DNA from: an uncultured delta proteobacterium
GTDB lineage: Bacteria; Desulfobacterota; Zymogenia; Zymogenales; Zymogenaceae
Length of the DNA: 64,000 bases
Direction of reading: 5' to 3'
Assembly: GCA_963735595.1 (NCBI GenBank)
Contig: CAVTLK010000002.1
Location: forward strand, 512,001-576,000
Shown here: positions 1 to 12,104 of the stretch, one piece after another
How positions within the stretch are numbered: the stretch's first letter is position 1
Layout: every line of letters begins with the position of its first letter
Position numbers and translations under genes: made by a program
The notes under the pieces: generated by a model
The model's input: the letters and a program-made list of their open reading frames with translations, nothing else
The model's database searches: none
What the model was told of the DNA's origin: nothing

Positions 1-464
1 ATCTGCCGATGGCGGACAGCCGGGAAGGAAATAGTCTATCTTGACCACCTCGTGGAGGGGATAGACTTTATCCAGCAGGATCGGAATATCCTCGTCATTG
101 GGGATGATCCCGCCGTCGGTGACGGTCGGTCCTTTGAGAAACGCCTCTTCGAGACATTCCTTGAGCGGCACCGTGTTGCGCATCGAGGGGACGGCATTGG
201 CGACGGCGCATGACCCGATGCCGATGAGGATCTTGCAGTTCTTCCGAAAATCCTTGAGGACCTCCACGTGCTCGTCGTTCTGACCCCGCCCTCGATGATG
301 CCGATGTCTACGGGCCAGGTGAACTCCTTTATATCGTTGATGGGCGACCGATCAAAGTCGACCATCTTCGCCAGCTTGAGTATCCGGTCGTCGATATCCA
401 GGATCGACATATGACAGCCGAAACAGCTGGTCAGATGCTGCGTTGCAATGAGTGGCTTTGCCAT
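1..464 (-). CDS. hoxY: NAD-reducing [NiFe]-hydrogenase small subunit (3' end runs off window; frameshift near 280)
   Basis: N-terminal SCFGCHMS motif and IEGG. After a 1-nt shift it reads NDEHVEVLKDFRKNCKILIGIGSCA...DYFLPGCPPSAD to the window edge. Follows hoxF-hoxU. Confidence 0.88.
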
Positions 465-485
465 CTCTCGTACCCCTGTGTAATG

Positions 486-1202
486 TTAACCGCTCTTTTT
501 CTTGCCCTCGATCTCCCACCCGATCGGGTGCATATCGAACCGCCGCTTACCGACAGGCGTCCGGTATCCGACGCGTTTGACGAGAAGCGCCCCCGTGGGG
601 CAGATCGTCGCCGCTCGGTCGGTGACGGCCATATCGGTCTCGCCGAGATTATGCACCGCGTTGACGGAGATCTTCTTGTGGATGCCGCGCCCTTCGAAGG
701 AAAAGACGGTCTTGCCGTCGAGAAACTCCGAGGCGCGGATGCACCGGCCGCAGAGGACGCAGCGGTCCCGGTCGATATACATATCGGGGTGGGATGCGTC
801 CACCGTGCACTGCGGTCTCAGGTAGGGGAGCGTGGGGGTAAGCATCTGGGTGTAGTACCCGAGCGCCTGTAGCTCACACTGCCCGCTGGTCTCGCAGGCG
901 GGGCAATAGTGATTACCCTCGACTAAATGCATTTCCACCACCCTGCAGCGGTGGTCTTTGAGCTGTTTCGTATTATTCTCCACCACGATTCCGTCGGCCA
1001 CGGGGAAGAGGCAGGAGCCCGCGGGCCTGCCGTTTACCATCACGGTGCAGATGCGGCAGTTCCCGCCGGACGGGAGGTCCTTATGCCAGCAGAGCCGCGG
1101 GATGTAGATACCGGCGGCGTCGGCGGCCTCCATGATGGTCTGTCCCTTTGTTGCCTTTACCTTCACCCCGTCTATCGTGAAGGTTACCGTTTCCTGAGTC
1201 AT
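486..1202 (-). CDS. hoxU: NAD-reducing hydrogenase diaphorase Fe-S subunit
   Basis: IPRLC...GNCRIC [2Fe-2S] motif, HYCPACETSGQCELQ, CVLCGRCIRA and CPTGAL; 238 aa. Confidence 0.92.
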   Translation of the reverse strand: MTQETVTFTIDGVKVKATKGQTIMEAADAAGIYIPRLCWHKDLPSGGNCRICTVMVNGRPAGSCLFPVADGIVVENNTKQLKDHRCRVVEMHLVEGNHYCPACETSGQCELQALGYYTQMLTPTLPYLRPQCTVDASHPDMYIDRDRCVLCGRCIRASEFLDGKTVFSFEGRGIHKKISVNAVHNLGETDMAVTDRAATICPTGALLVKRVGYRTPVGKRRFDMHPIGWEIEGKKKSG

Positions 1203-2980
1203 AGGTTTGCCTCCTCTTCGCCGTGGGGTTTCCTGCCCGCGATCTGGGCGCCATCGGCGACGGCCTTCGCGAAATCGAAACGCCCGATATAGTCGGCCGG
1301 CTTGATCGCGGCGTCATAGAGCTCCGGGAAGTTCTGCATGCTGGTGAGGATCGGGTTTGGGGCGGTCTGGCCGAGGCCGCACCGGCTCATAGTCTTGATG
1401 GTTTCGCCGAGCAGCTTGATGTTTTCGAGGTCAGACCTGGTTGCCCGGCCTTCGATGACTTTATCGAATTCCTTGAGCATGAGCGTCGTACCGACCCGGC
1501 ACGGTGTGCACCAGCCGCACGATTCTTCTACGAAGAACTCGGTAAATTGCCTCATGTGGGTCAGGAGATCCCTGCCGGGGCCGAAGAAGATGACCGAGCC
1601 GCCCGTGGAGAAGTCCTCGAACGAGATGGTGCGGTCAAAATCGTTCGGCGCGACGAGCCTTCCTGAAGGCCCGCCGATCTTGGCGGCGATGGCATGTTCG
1701 GCCCCCACCATCTTGAGGAACCGGGTGACCGTGATGCCGTATTCGATCTCGTAGACGCCGGGCCTGCTGCAATCGCCTGAGACCGATAACAGCTTCGTGC
1801 CCGCGGAGCCCTCGGTGCCGATGGTCGAGAACCACTCGGCGCCCTGCTCCACGATCCGGGCGGCGGCGCACAGCGTCTCCACGTTGTTGACGGCGGTGGG
1901 GCGGTTCATGTATCCCTTTTCCACCGGGAAAGGAGGCCGCTCACGCGGGGCGCCCCGTTTCCCTTCAAGCGACTCGATGAGCGCGGACTCCTCGCCGCAG
2001 ATATAGGCCCCCGCCCCGATCTGAATCCTGATGGCGAAATTGAAGCCTTTCTTGCCGAGTATGTTCTGGCCCAGCAGCCCCTTCTTTCTTCTCTCTTCGA
2101 GAATCCGCTTGAGATCCTCCAGCATATATTCGTATTCGCCCCTGAGATAGACGATCCCGTATTCAGCGCCGATGGCGTATCCCGCGATCGTCATTCCCTC
2201 GAAGACGAGGTCGGCCCGCTGGCTCATGATGACCCGGTCTTTGAACGTGCCCGGCTCTCCTTCATCGGCGTTGCAGACGATGTACCTGAAGTCGCTCTTG
2301 ACGTTTCGGCAGGCTTCCCACTTCTTGCCGGTCGGGAAGCCCGCTCCGCCGCGTCCGCGAAGCTTGGATTTCTTGACCTCCTCGATAACCTGCTCCGGGG
2401 TCATCTTGATGGCCGCGCGAAGCGCCGTCCCGCCGTCCATGGGCGCGAAGACCACGGGTCCCGAGCGTCTCAGGTTCACGTCCGTGAGCGCCTGGGCTAA
2501 CTGCGAGATGTCTTCCCCTTTTCTGATTGCCTCCACGATATCGGCGACATCTTCGGGCAACAGGTTACCGACGGGAGTGTGGTTGATGAGCGCCGAGGGC
2601 GCCTGGTCGCTCATGCCGATACACTGGGCATAGGCCAGCGTGATCGATCCATCCGGCGTAGTTTCGCCGAACTTGACGCCCACCGCCTCTTCAAAGGCAC
2701 GGGCGATTTCCGCTGCCCCTTTCATCTTTTCCACGACGCTGTTGGAGAGGCGGATGACGGTCTTGCCGACCGGTTTTTGGGAGAAGAAGGTATAGAAGCT
2801 GATCTTGTCCCGTACTTTGACCCGCGGGATACCCATCGCCTCGCTGATATGGCCGATGGTCTCTTCGGAGAACCACCCGTCCTTGGCGTTCACCTCCAGG
2901 AGGACGTCCATGAGGCGCGTCGGGTCCCTTCCATACTTCTCCGCAACCTTTTTGACGAATAAGGCGTGGTCTTCGCTCAT
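1199..2980 (-). CDS. hoxF: NAD-reducing hydrogenase diaphorase flavoprotein subunit (NuoE-like plus NuoF-like)
   Basis: LRGRGGAGFPTG, CNADEGEPGTFKDR, GAGAYICGEESAL, ESCGWCTPCRVG...CGLG; 593 aa with a NuoE-like N-terminus. Confidence 0.93.
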   Translation of the reverse strand: MSEDHALFVKKVAEKYGRDPTRLMDVLLEVNAKDGWFSEETIGHISEAMGIPRVKVRDKISFYTFFSQKPVGKTVIRLSNSVVEKMKGAAEIARAFEEAVGVKFGETTPDGSITLAYAQCIGMSDQAPSALINHTPVGNLLPEDVADIVEAIRKGEDISQLAQALTDVNLRRSGPVVFAPMDGGTALRAAIKMTPEQVIEEVKKSKLRGRGGAGFPTGKKWEACRNVKSDFRYIVCNADEGEPGTFKDRVIMSQRADLVFEGMTIAGYAIGAEYGIVYLRGEYEYMLEDLKRILEERRKKGLLGQNILGKKGFNFAIRIQIGAGAYICGEESALIESLEGKRGAPRERPPFPVEKGYMNRPTAVNNVETLCAAARIVEQGAEWFSTIGTEGSAGTKLLSVSGDCSRPGVYEIEYGITVTRFLKMVGAEHAIAAKIGGPSGRLVAPNDFDRTISFEDFSTGGSVIFFGPGRDLLTHMRQFTEFFVEESCGWCTPCRVGTTLMLKEFDKVIEGRATRSDLENIKLLGETIKTMSRCGLGQTAPNPILTSMQNFPELYDAAIKPADYIGRFDFAKAVADGAQIAGRKPHGEEEANL

Positions 2981-3079
2981 TACTGCTCCTTTTTAGAAGT
3001 ATATACGTTCCGGAAAGATAGAGATAACCGCGGCCTGCCGACGCCGCGTTCGATACGGAATTGATACTATGACAGTATT

Positions 3080-3095
3080 AGCAATCCCTATGCCA
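3080..3095 (-). promoter_or_regulatory. sigma54 -24/-12 promoter of the hox operon
   Basis: Minus strand reads TGGCATAGGGATTGCT (GG-N10-GC), about 100 bp upstream of hoxF. Confidence 0.85.
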
Positions 3096-3296
3096 ATAGA
3101 GGGGATGGTGATGGGGCGTTCCGGTGTTTAACGCGACGCCGGCAGGGTTCAGGCCGGCGCGCTGCGACGTGCTGAAATCGTTGAGAAAAGGGGAACCGAT
3201 TTGGAAGGACGGCGCCCGCTGCCGACTGCCGGGCGGCCCTCCGGATGCCCGATGCGCCCCGGCCCCGCGATGTGGCTGCCGGGCGGGGTGCCGGGC

Positions 3297-3333
3297 GGTT
3301 CGTTTTGCCCCACCGGGTGGTGCAAAATTCCTC
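3297..3333. promoter_or_regulatory. Paired enhancer-like (UAS) sites for a sigma54 activator
   Basis: GGTTCGTTTTGCCCC-N7-GGTGCAAAATTCCTC; the same pair recurs at 9583-9619. Confidence 0.65.
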
Positions 3334-3397
3334 TTAGGGGAAAGGAGCGGATCGGCGGTATCGCCCGTATCGCTGTCATCGGCGGCGGACGGCCCGG

Positions 3398-4781
<1,384 letters not shown>

Positions 4782-4874
4782 CCGGTGTTACCTTTCGTGT
4801 ATCACAACCCGCCCGTTTGGGCGCGCAGTCAAAAACCCCGGCCCCCGTTCACCCTCCACGGGACGTTTCGGTTA

Positions 4875-6725
4875 TTAGTGCTCTTCGCGCGTTTCAACCT
4901 CGACGGGAAGCCGGACGGTAAAGGCGGTCCCCCCCGTCTCCGGGCTCGCCACCGTGATCGTCCCGCCGTGTTTCTCGATGATCCCGTAGCTGATGGCAAG
5001 CCCCAGCCCCGTTCCCGAGCCCGTGGAGGAGGGGCCCTTGGTCGTAAAGAAGGGCTCGAAGATCCTGCCGATGTCCTTTTCGGGGATGCCGGGACCGGTA
5101 TCGGTAATGACGGCATCGAGGAACGCGCCGTCGGCCGAGAGGGCCGTCCTGATATCCAGCGTCCCGGCGCCCTGCATCGCCTCGGCCGCGTTCATGATGA
5201 TATTCATGAAGACCTGCTCAAGCTGCGTCGGGTCGGCGATGACGCCGGGTGGAGAGGCGGCAAGGTCCCTGGTGATTGTGATGTGGTAGAAAACTCCCTG
5301 CTGGTCGAGGAGCGCCAGCACGTTTTCGAGGGCGTCGTTTACGCTGGTAGAGACGAAGTTCAGCTTGGTCGGGCGCGAAAACTCGAGGAGCCCCTTGACG
5401 ATCTCCTTGGTCCGGGAGGCAGACGTCAGGATCTTCTCTATATACGCGTAGCGGGGGTCGTCCTTGCCGGTCTTTTCCTCCAGCAGGTTAGCGTAGACGA
5501 AGATACCGCCGAGGGGGTTATTGATCTCGTGGGCGACGCCGGCGGCAAGCTTCCCGAGGGACGCCATCTTGGCCGACTGGAGCATCTGCTGTTCCCGTAT
5601 CCGGCGCTCGGTCACGTCGATGACCAGCCCCTGATACCAGGTGCCGGACCGGTCCTTTTTCATGTGCGCGGTCAGCTGCACGTCGATGGGCTGGCCGTTC
5701 TTCTTCTTGAACGTGACCTCGTAGTCCTTTACGTAGCCGTCGCGCTCGATGGTCTCCTGGAACCTCAGGCGCTCGGCCGGGTCGGCATAGAGCTGCGTCG
5801 GGATGTCGATGGACAGGAACTCCTCCTTGGCGGTGTAGCCGAGCATATCCAGGAGCGTCTGGTTGCAGTCCATGAATCTCCCCTCGCGGGAAGAGAAATA
5901 GAGGCCGTGGCGCACCGTCTCGAACAGGTAGTGGAAGTTCTTCTCCGATTCGAGCAGGTCCTGCTGGGCCGAGAGGATGTCTCTCAGGTCGTAGAAGAAA
6001 CCGACGGTCGCCACCTCCCTGCCGTCCTGGTAGATGAGCGATCCCGACAACATCACCGGGATCTGCTCGCCGCTCTTGGCTATACCCACGTAGCGCTGCG
6101 AGGCCAGCTTCCCCTTCCCGCCGTATTTCTCGTCCCGGAGTTTCCGCATGATGTCCTGCGCCACGCCGGGGGGGTAGAGGGCGGCGGCGTTCATCTTGCC
6201 GATCACCTCTTCGGCGGTATACCCGAGGAGGTTCTCGGCCCCCTTGTTGAAGATGATGATGGCGCCCTTCATGTCGACGGCGATGATGCCGTCGTACGAG
6301 CTTTCGATCAGGGAGGTCATGAACTCGTTGGAGCGGCGGATCTCCCGCTCCATCAGGATGCGCTCGGTGAGGTCACGGACGAATATGGCGATCTTCTTCT
6401 TGTTGTCCGGGGTGCCCGCCGTGCTGACGCAGACCTCGAAGGGGTGCGGGTCGCCCGAGGAGACGACGATCTCCATCTCCATGCAGAACCGGCGGCTCTC
6501 CAGGGCCGGGCTCCCTTCACACAACTCGAAGAGGAAACCGCGCCCCTTCGGGTCGAGCAGCGAGGAGAAATCGGTCCCGATGAGGGCCTCGTAGGGGTAA
6601 CCGGTCAGCTCCGTGGCCATACGGTTGACGTTCTTGATATGGTAGGTCTCATCCAGCAACAGGATGCCGTTATCCCCCATCTGGAATATCCACTCGTAAT
6701 CGGATATCGGCATCGGAATCTCCAT
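4875..6725 (-). CDS. Soluble multi-PAS sensor histidine kinase
   Basis: Three PAS-like repeats, H-box AHEINNPL, N/G boxes (DTGPGI, FEPFFTTK, GTGLGL); no transmembrane segment seen. Confidence 0.93.
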   Translation of the reverse strand: MEIPMPISDYEWIFQMGDNGILLLDETYHIKNVNRMATELTGYPYEALIGTDFSSLLDPKGRGFLFELCEGSPALESRRFCMEMEIVVSSGDPHPFEVCVSTAGTPDNKKKIAIFVRDLTERILMEREIRRSNEFMTSLIESSYDGIIAVDMKGAIIIFNKGAENLLGYTAEEVIGKMNAAALYPPGVAQDIMRKLRDEKYGGKGKLASQRYVGIAKSGEQIPVMLSGSLIYQDGREVATVGFFYDLRDILSAQQDLLESEKNFHYLFETVRHGLYFSSREGRFMDCNQTLLDMLGYTAKEEFLSIDIPTQLYADPAERLRFQETIERDGYVKDYEVTFKKKNGQPIDVQLTAHMKKDRSGTWYQGLVIDVTERRIREQQMLQSAKMASLGKLAAGVAHEINNPLGGIFVYANLLEEKTGKDDPRYAYIEKILTSASRTKEIVKGLLEFSRPTKLNFVSTSVNDALENVLALLDQQGVFYHITITRDLAASPPGVIADPTQLEQVFMNIIMNAAEAMQGAGTLDIRTALSADGAFLDAVITDTGPGIPEKDIGRIFEPFFTTKGPSSTGSGTGLGLAISYGIIEKHGGTITVASPETGGTAFTVRLPVEVETREEH

Positions 6726-7204
6726 CAGATATGCGCCGCGCCTGGCACGCGGATGGGGAAATATACCCCATCGGCCGCCCGGGCTGCGGTATGCGGCGGA
6801 ATACGGCGTTCAACTATCTATTTTACTTTTTTACCGGCCCGTCCGCAAGGAGATTTTTTGACGGGAGATTTACCGTGCCGGGCCAATTCGGGACGAATTC
6901 CGGGCTAATGCCGTGAGGGCCGGGCCGACGCGGGGGGGCGCACACGGAGGGGAATCTACGTACGGGCATGTATGGACCATTAATGGACCACGCACGGGCC
7001 CTGTGCGGGCCATGCATGAGGTGAAGCGTGGGGGGGGAGAAGAATCGTTCTTTGCTGCGCCGGGGGCGCGGTACGGCCGCCGCCCCGTCTATAGTCTATA
7101 AGGGGCGGCGGCTGGATTGATGCGACGGGATGCGGCGGGATGCGGCGGCTTCGGCCGGCCGGTTAACGGCCGGGCATCGCGCGGCAGGGGCGGCCGGGTA
7201 GATA

Positions 7205-7627
7205 TTACCCCACGTCCCCGAGCTCGCCTTTCTTCGGTTGTGCGTCCTTCCTAAGGGCCCGCTCGACCAGTTCGAGGAGCTCGGCGGTCTTGACCGGCTT
7301 TTGCATGATGAACCTGGTGCCGAGCTCTTCGGGGGTCACCATGTCCATTTCCTGCTGCAGCCCCAGGCTCGTCAGCACGATGCGGGGGATACCCCTGGTC
7401 CACTCGTCCTGACCGAGCCGTTTGATCAGATTGAAGCCCTCGCTGAAGCTTTCCATGATGATATCGATGACGGCAAGATCGGGGCTCTCCGATTTGGCCT
7501 TGTCGAAACCTTCCTTTCCGGTTGACGCCTCAACCACCACATAGCCGCTGGATTCGAGGATGGTTCTGGTTGCGCTCCTGAAGTCGTTGTCATCGTCCAC
7601 GAGGAGAATCTTTTTTTTCTCTGCCAT
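7205..7627 (-). CDS. Single-domain response regulator
   Basis: ILLVDDD...DIIM...QKP receiver motifs; 140 aa. Confidence 0.9.
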   Translation of the reverse strand: MAEKKKILLVDDDNDFRSATRTILESSGYVVVEASTGKEGFDKAKSESPDLAVIDIIMESFSEGFNLIKRLGQDEWTRGIPRIVLTSLGLQQEMDMVTPEELGTRFIMQKPVKTAELLELVERALRKDAQPKKGELGDVG

Positions 7628-7708
7628 CTGTTCCCCCTTTTACAATAGGTATGAGTATGACCAAAACATCCGGTATTGCACATTACACCAAACGGGCGGC
7701 GCCGGGCG

Positions 7709-8848
7709 CTACTGCGGTGCGCGGGCGGCCGGCAGCCCGACCGTGAACGTCGTCCCCCGCCCGTACTCCGTCTGGAAATCGATCGTGCCGTCGTGGGCCT
7801 CGACGATCTTCCTGACGATCGCCAGGCCCAGCCCCGTCCCCTTGATCGCCTTCGTGTCGGGGCCCTTGACCCGGAAGAACTCGGAGAAGATCAGCGGGAT
7901 GTCCTTTTCGGGTATCCCGAAGCCGGTGTCGGCAAACCGGACGACGCATCGCCGGTCCTCGGTTGTTACGGAGACGGCAAGCGTGCCGCCGCGGCGGTTA
8001 TACTTGACGGCGTTGCTGATGAGGTTGCTGAAGGCCTCCCCGAGGGAGCGCTCGTCGCCGGCAACCCGGGGGGGGTCGCCGTCGACGGCCAGCGTCGCCG
8101 TTACCCCGCTCTCGGCGATCAGCGGGGCCAGGAACTCGAGGTGGCGCGTGATTATCGCCGCCACGTCAAGCTCGGCGAACCCTTCCCGGACCCGGGCGGG
8201 GTCAAACCGGGCAAACGAAAGCCAGTCCCCGATGAGGGCGATCAGGTCGTCCATGCGGCGGTCGGCCTTCGTGATGATGTCCCGCGCCTCGGGCGAGACG
8301 GGCCCCGCCATGTCGCCGAGGATCACCTCGAAATACTGCTTGACGGCCGACAGCGGAGACTGGAGCTGGTGGGAGACGATCGAGATGAAGAAATCGGTCA
8401 TCTTTTTCTTCTCGGCAAGCGCCGCCTCTCTCTCGGCGATAAGCCGCCTGCGCTCCAGCCCCCGGCTCACGATGAGGCGCAGCTCCTCCGGGGTGAACGG
8501 CTTGGGGAGAAAGTCATACGCGCCGTTTCTCATGGAGGCCACGGCGTATTCGATGGTGGCGTACCCCGTGATGACGATCTTGATGATCGAGGGGTCGGCT
8601 TCCCCGATGAGCCGCAGCACCTCCAGGCCTTCGATGCCCGGCATGCGGATGTCTACCAGCGCCAGGTCGGGCGGGTCCGCCTTGGCCAGCTCGATGCCGG
8701 CGGCCCCGTCGGCGGCCGTCAGCACGCGGTAGCCCTGTTCTGAGAGGATATCGCGGCACGCCTCCCGCATGATCGTCTCGTCCTCGATTACGAGGATCGT
8801 CTCGGGAGCGCCCGCCGCAACGCCGTAGGGCAGCTGTTGGTCTACCAT
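7709..8848 (-). CDS. Hybrid receiver-histidine kinase
   Basis: N-terminal REC (IEDE, DIRMP, PKP), SHQLQSPL H-box, NAVKY, DTGFGI, GTGLGL. Confidence 0.92.
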   Translation of the reverse strand: MVDQQLPYGVAAGAPETILVIEDETIMREACRDILSEQGYRVLTAADGAAGIELAKADPPDLALVDIRMPGIEGLEVLRLIGEADPSIIKIVITGYATIEYAVASMRNGAYDFLPKPFTPEELRLIVSRGLERRRLIAEREAALAEKKKMTDFFISIVSHQLQSPLSAVKQYFEVILGDMAGPVSPEARDIITKADRRMDDLIALIGDWLSFARFDPARVREGFAELDVAAIITRHLEFLAPLIAESGVTATLAVDGDPPRVAGDERSLGEAFSNLISNAVKYNRRGGTLAVSVTTEDRRCVVRFADTGFGIPEKDIPLIFSEFFRVKGPDTKAIKGTGLGLAIVRKIVEAHDGTIDFQTEYGRGTTFTVGLPAARAPQ

Positions 8849-8921
8849 CGCCGGCAGCCTCTCTCAATCATCAGCGTCTCCCGGTCGTCAGGGGGGCCTG
8901 CCGTCCACGGTATCGCCGCCG

Positions 8922-9320
8922 CTACGGGTTCCTTCCAACGCGGATGCGTATGGCCTCTAAAACGGCAAGCCTGAGCTCCTCGGCGTCAAACGACTTAATA
9001 TAGTAGTAGAAGATATCCTGCTCGCGCACCTTGCTTTCCAGCTCCCGGGTGTTGGTCCGGGCCGTCAGGATGACGGGGAGCGTCCCGTCCACCGCCTTGA
9101 GGATGCCCACCACCTGGTCCCAGGGGGTGTCGGCCAGGCCGACGTCCACCAGGGCGGCCGCGTACCGCGCATCCCTGAGGCACCCGACGGCGTCCACGAT
9201 CCGCGGGCAGATATCCACGGTCAGGCCGTCGCCATGGAAGATCCGCTCGATCTGGGCCTGGGCGCCCGGGTCCGTATCCAGCACCAGGATTCTCTTGGTT
9301 TCCGGTGACATCGGTGACAT
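8922..9320 (-). CDS. Atypical single-domain receiver protein
   Basis: RILVLDTD...LVDVGL...VILTA...YYIKSF. Start moved to MSPMSPETK, downstream of the sigma54 site. Confidence 0.8.
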   Translation of the reverse strand: MSPMSPETKRILVLDTDPGAQAQIERIFHGDGLTVDICPRIVDAVGCLRDARYAAALVDVGLADTPWDQVVGILKAVDGTLPVILTARTNTRELESKVREQDIFYYYIKSFDAEELRLAVLEAIRIRVGRNP

Positions 9321-9366
9321 CAGTGACAATCGTACCTGTATTAGACTACTCCTGTTTGTACAAAAA

Positions 9367-9382
9367 AGCAATTCGTATGCCA
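9367..9382 (-). promoter_or_regulatory. sigma54 -24/-12 promoter of the receiver/kinase genes
   Basis: Minus strand reads TGGCATACGAATTGCT. Confidence 0.82.
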
Positions 9383-9582
9383 ATATCTGCGCGCGGGCGG
9401 GATGGCCGGGCGCCGGACGGCGGGAAGGCCCGCCCGCATCCGCGCCGCCGGTACTGTATGAAATCCTTGAGGAAAAGGACCGGCGGGGGCACGCGCGGCC
9501 CCGCAGGGGGGCGGCGGCGCACCCGGGGCGCGGCGGAGGGGTTTTGCGGCCGGCCGGCGGGGGAGCGGGGGAAGGGCCGCGT

Positions 9583-9619
9583 GGTCTGTTTTGCCCCATG
9601 CGGCGGGTCAAAATGCACC
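9583..9619. promoter_or_regulatory. Paired enhancer-like (UAS) sites
   Basis: GGTCTGTTTTGCCCC-N7-GGGTCAAAATGCACC, matching 3297-3333. Confidence 0.65.
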
Positions 9620-9814
9620 GGAAAGGCCACGTCGCAAAGCGGGCCTTCGGGGTAGTTTCGGGAGAGGGAGTTGACGGGAGAACCGGTTTTCGCCCGGGGG
9701 GGGAGTGAGGAAGCTGCCGGGCACGACAGGCCGTGTCCCTACGGATTCAAGCACGATACGCCCTTAACACCCGTCGGTACACCACACGTAGTGTCCGACT
9801 GATCCGAGGAATAT

Positions 9815-9843
9815 AAAAAAGGGGGATGCTTGGCATCCCCCTT
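9815..9843 (-). terminator. Intrinsic terminator
   Basis: GGGGGATGC-TTG-GCATCCCCC hairpin followed on the minus strand by a T run, just after the 9874 stop. Confidence 0.75.
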
Positions 9844-9873
9844 CGGCCGTATCGGGTTTGTGCCCGATCCTTA

Positions 9874-10443
9874 TTACTTCAGGTACTTCGTCTTTATCTC
9901 TTCGATGAGCCTGGTTTCGTATTCTCCCGTCGACGCGCATTCCCAGTCGTTTTGATACTCGAGGATGGCGAAGGCGAGCATCTTATGCTGTTCCGTCCAG
10001 AACCTCGTCTTTACCGTGAACGTGGTCGTGCCTCCGGAAACTTTCTTTATATCGACGGTATAGGTATACGAGAGGGTCTTCCAGATCTTCTTGGCGCCGG
10101 TTTCGGCCAGGCCGCAGTCGCAATAGCCGAAATTCACTCCCTTTGCCTTATACCCGCTCTTATCTCCGGTAACGTCGCGGTAGTAGGCGATGACCTCCTC
10201 ATCGGTAACTATTGTTTTGATCGTCGTGATCGTCCCCGCGGCCCTGTCGTTCGTATCCAGGACGTAGCCCTTGTCGGCAAAGTACTTGACGAACGCGTCG
10301 TAGACCTTGTCCGCGCCCGCGTTTACCGTCGCGTTGTAGACGGCCACCGGTTGTGCCGGGGTAATAACCGGCGCGGCGGCAGACGAGAGGGCCCAGAGCG
10401 CCAGAATGGTAAGAGAAACGAAGAGAACGAGATACTTTTTCAT
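9874..10443 (-). CDS. Exported hypothetical protein
   Basis: Signal peptide MKKYLVLFVSLTILALWALSSAAA; YCDCG and WECASTG Cys motifs; RBS GAGGA. Confidence 0.75.
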   Translation of the reverse strand: MKKYLVLFVSLTILALWALSSAAAPVITPAQPVAVYNATVNAGADKVYDAFVKYFADKGYVLDTNDRAAGTITTIKTIVTDEEVIAYYRDVTGDKSGYKAKGVNFGYCDCGLAETGAKKIWKTLSYTYTVDIKKVSGGTTTFTVKTRFWTEQHKMLAFAILEYQNDWECASTGEYETRLIEEIKTKYLK

Positions 10444-10545
10444 GGTATCCTCACTGAATATGGTGTTAGAGCATGCTAAGCCCATGATCAGTGGAAGTCA
10501 AGCGAAGAAACGGCAGGGAGGCAGTCGTGCCGCATGTCCTTCCCG

Positions 10546-11134
10546 CTAACCCTTCGCCTCCGCCTCAAACAGGCACGTGTCGTCTCCCCGCGCCTTGCAC
10601 CTGGTCTCCCGCACCTGGTAGAGGCCCTTGCCGTATACCCAGTCCGCGATGAACTGAAGGGACCCGGCGTAGTTGGAGCAGAAGGGCTTCGTGCTCGTGG
10701 AGCCGGAACAGATCAGGCAGTCGTGGACGTCGAACTTCGGGAGGCCGCCGGCCTGCGGCACCACGGTGCCCCGGTTGATCGCAACCTTTAACAGCTCGTA
10801 GGCCTTCACGATCCGCTCCTCTTTCGGGAGCTCCTTCATGTAGTCCAGTATATTATACTTGACGACGGGTATTTCCAGCGCCTTGTACCCGATCTGCCTC
10901 AGGACCCCCTGGGCTCCCACGGCGCCGATCAGGTCGATCGCCTGGTGATATATGCTTATCTGTTGTTGTTGGTGAACGCCTTGTCCCACGTCCAGTCCGG
11001 GGGGGATTCGAGGATTTCCCCGTCAGCCCCACCCGTTTGAAAATCATGTCCCGCGCGTTGTGCCCCATGATCTCGCCAACGGTGTCATACGCAGACCGCA
11101 TCGCCATGTTCGTCACTGTCTTTTCCTGTGCCAT
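10546..11134 (-). CDS. Stand-alone V4R-domain protein, copy 1 (frameshifts near 10960-11020)
   Basis: Two ORF fragments align end to end with 11283-11870; DCLIC...FC...ETRCKARGDDTCLFE. Confidence 0.82.
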
Positions 11135-11197
11135 GGTTGATCTATCCTTTCCTGGTGGTGAAGGTATACCTGTACAGATGCCAAGAATATCGAATTA

Positions 11198-11213
11198 CGC
11201 GATAGGCGTGCCA
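11198..11213 (-). promoter_or_regulatory. sigma54 promoter of V4R copy 1
   Basis: Minus strand TGGCACGCCTATCGCG. Confidence 0.7.
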
Positions 11214-11282
11214 CAACGAAAAACGGCGTCCCCACAGCCTTGTCCCGTCACGCCCCCGGCGGCCCCGCGAACCGCTTCCCCG

Positions 11283-11870
11283 CTAATTCTTCGCCCCTAC
11301 CTCAAAAAGGCAGGTATCGTCCCCCAGCGCCTTGCACTTTGTCTCCCTCACCTGGTAGACGCCCTTACCGTATACCCAGTCCGCGATGAACTGGAGGGAC
11401 CCGGCATAGTGAGAGCAATAGGACTTCCTGCTGGTTACGCCGACGCACAGGAGGCAGTCGGGGACGTCCCACGCCGGAAGCCCGCCCGGTTCTGCCACTA
11501 TCCTGCCCTTGTTGGCCGCAAGCTGCAAAAGCTCGAAGGCCTTTGTTATTCTTTCCCCCTGGGGCAGGTCTTTTATGTGATCGGCAACTCCGAACTTGAC
11601 GACGGGGGTTTCCGTGCTTTTGTACCCGATGAGCCTCAAGATACCCTGCCCCCCGACGTCCCCGACCAGTTTCAGGGTCTCTGTGTATATTTTTGCCTGT
11701 TCCTCGACGGTGGCTTCCTTGTCCCAGGTATAGTCCGGGGGCGACCCCAGGACTCTCGTTAACCCTGCGTCTCTGAAAATCATGTCTCTCGCGTTTTCTC
11801 CCATGATCTCGCAGACGGCCTCGTAGGCAGCCCGTATCGCCATTTTCGTTACTGTTTTTTCCTGTGCCAT
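11283..11870 (-). CDS. Stand-alone V4R-domain protein, copy 2
   Basis: C-terminal V4R signature DCLLC...YC...ETKCKALGDDTCLFE; 195 aa. Confidence 0.87.
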   Translation of the reverse strand: MAQEKTVTKMAIRAAYEAVCEIMGENARDMIFRDAGLTRVLGSPPDYTWDKEATVEEQAKIYTETLKLVGDVGGQGILRLIGYKSTETPVVKFGVADHIKDLPQGERITKAFELLQLAANKGRIVAEPGGLPAWDVPDCLLCVGVTSRKSYCSHYAGSLQFIADWVYGKGVYQVRETKCKALGDDTCLFEVGAKN

Positions 11871-11933
11871 AGCTGACGTGTCCCCTCTTGCTGATGATGT
11901 ATACGTAGTACGCAGACCAAGAGTATAGTATCA

Positions 11934-11949
11934 AGCAATAGGCGTGCCA
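11934..11949 (-). promoter_or_regulatory. sigma54 promoter of V4R copy 2
   Basis: Minus strand TGGCACGCCTATTGCT, a consensus match. Confidence 0.88.
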
Positions 11950-12104
11950 TAACGGAAAACGGCGGCCTTTTTTTGTCACGCGGCCGGCCGGCGTGTCCGT
12001 AGTTCAACATATTGAATACAGGCGCTTTTTACGTAGGGGTGGGTTCCCCGGACGGCCGTACCGGGTGGAGAGCGCCGTGCGATGGGCTTCAGGCGGCAGA
12101 TTAG

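Noticed and set aside
6743..6758. Plus-strand TGGCACGCGGATGGGG as a sigma54 promoter
   Set aside because: Lacks the -12 GC element and has no plausible downstream gene on that strand
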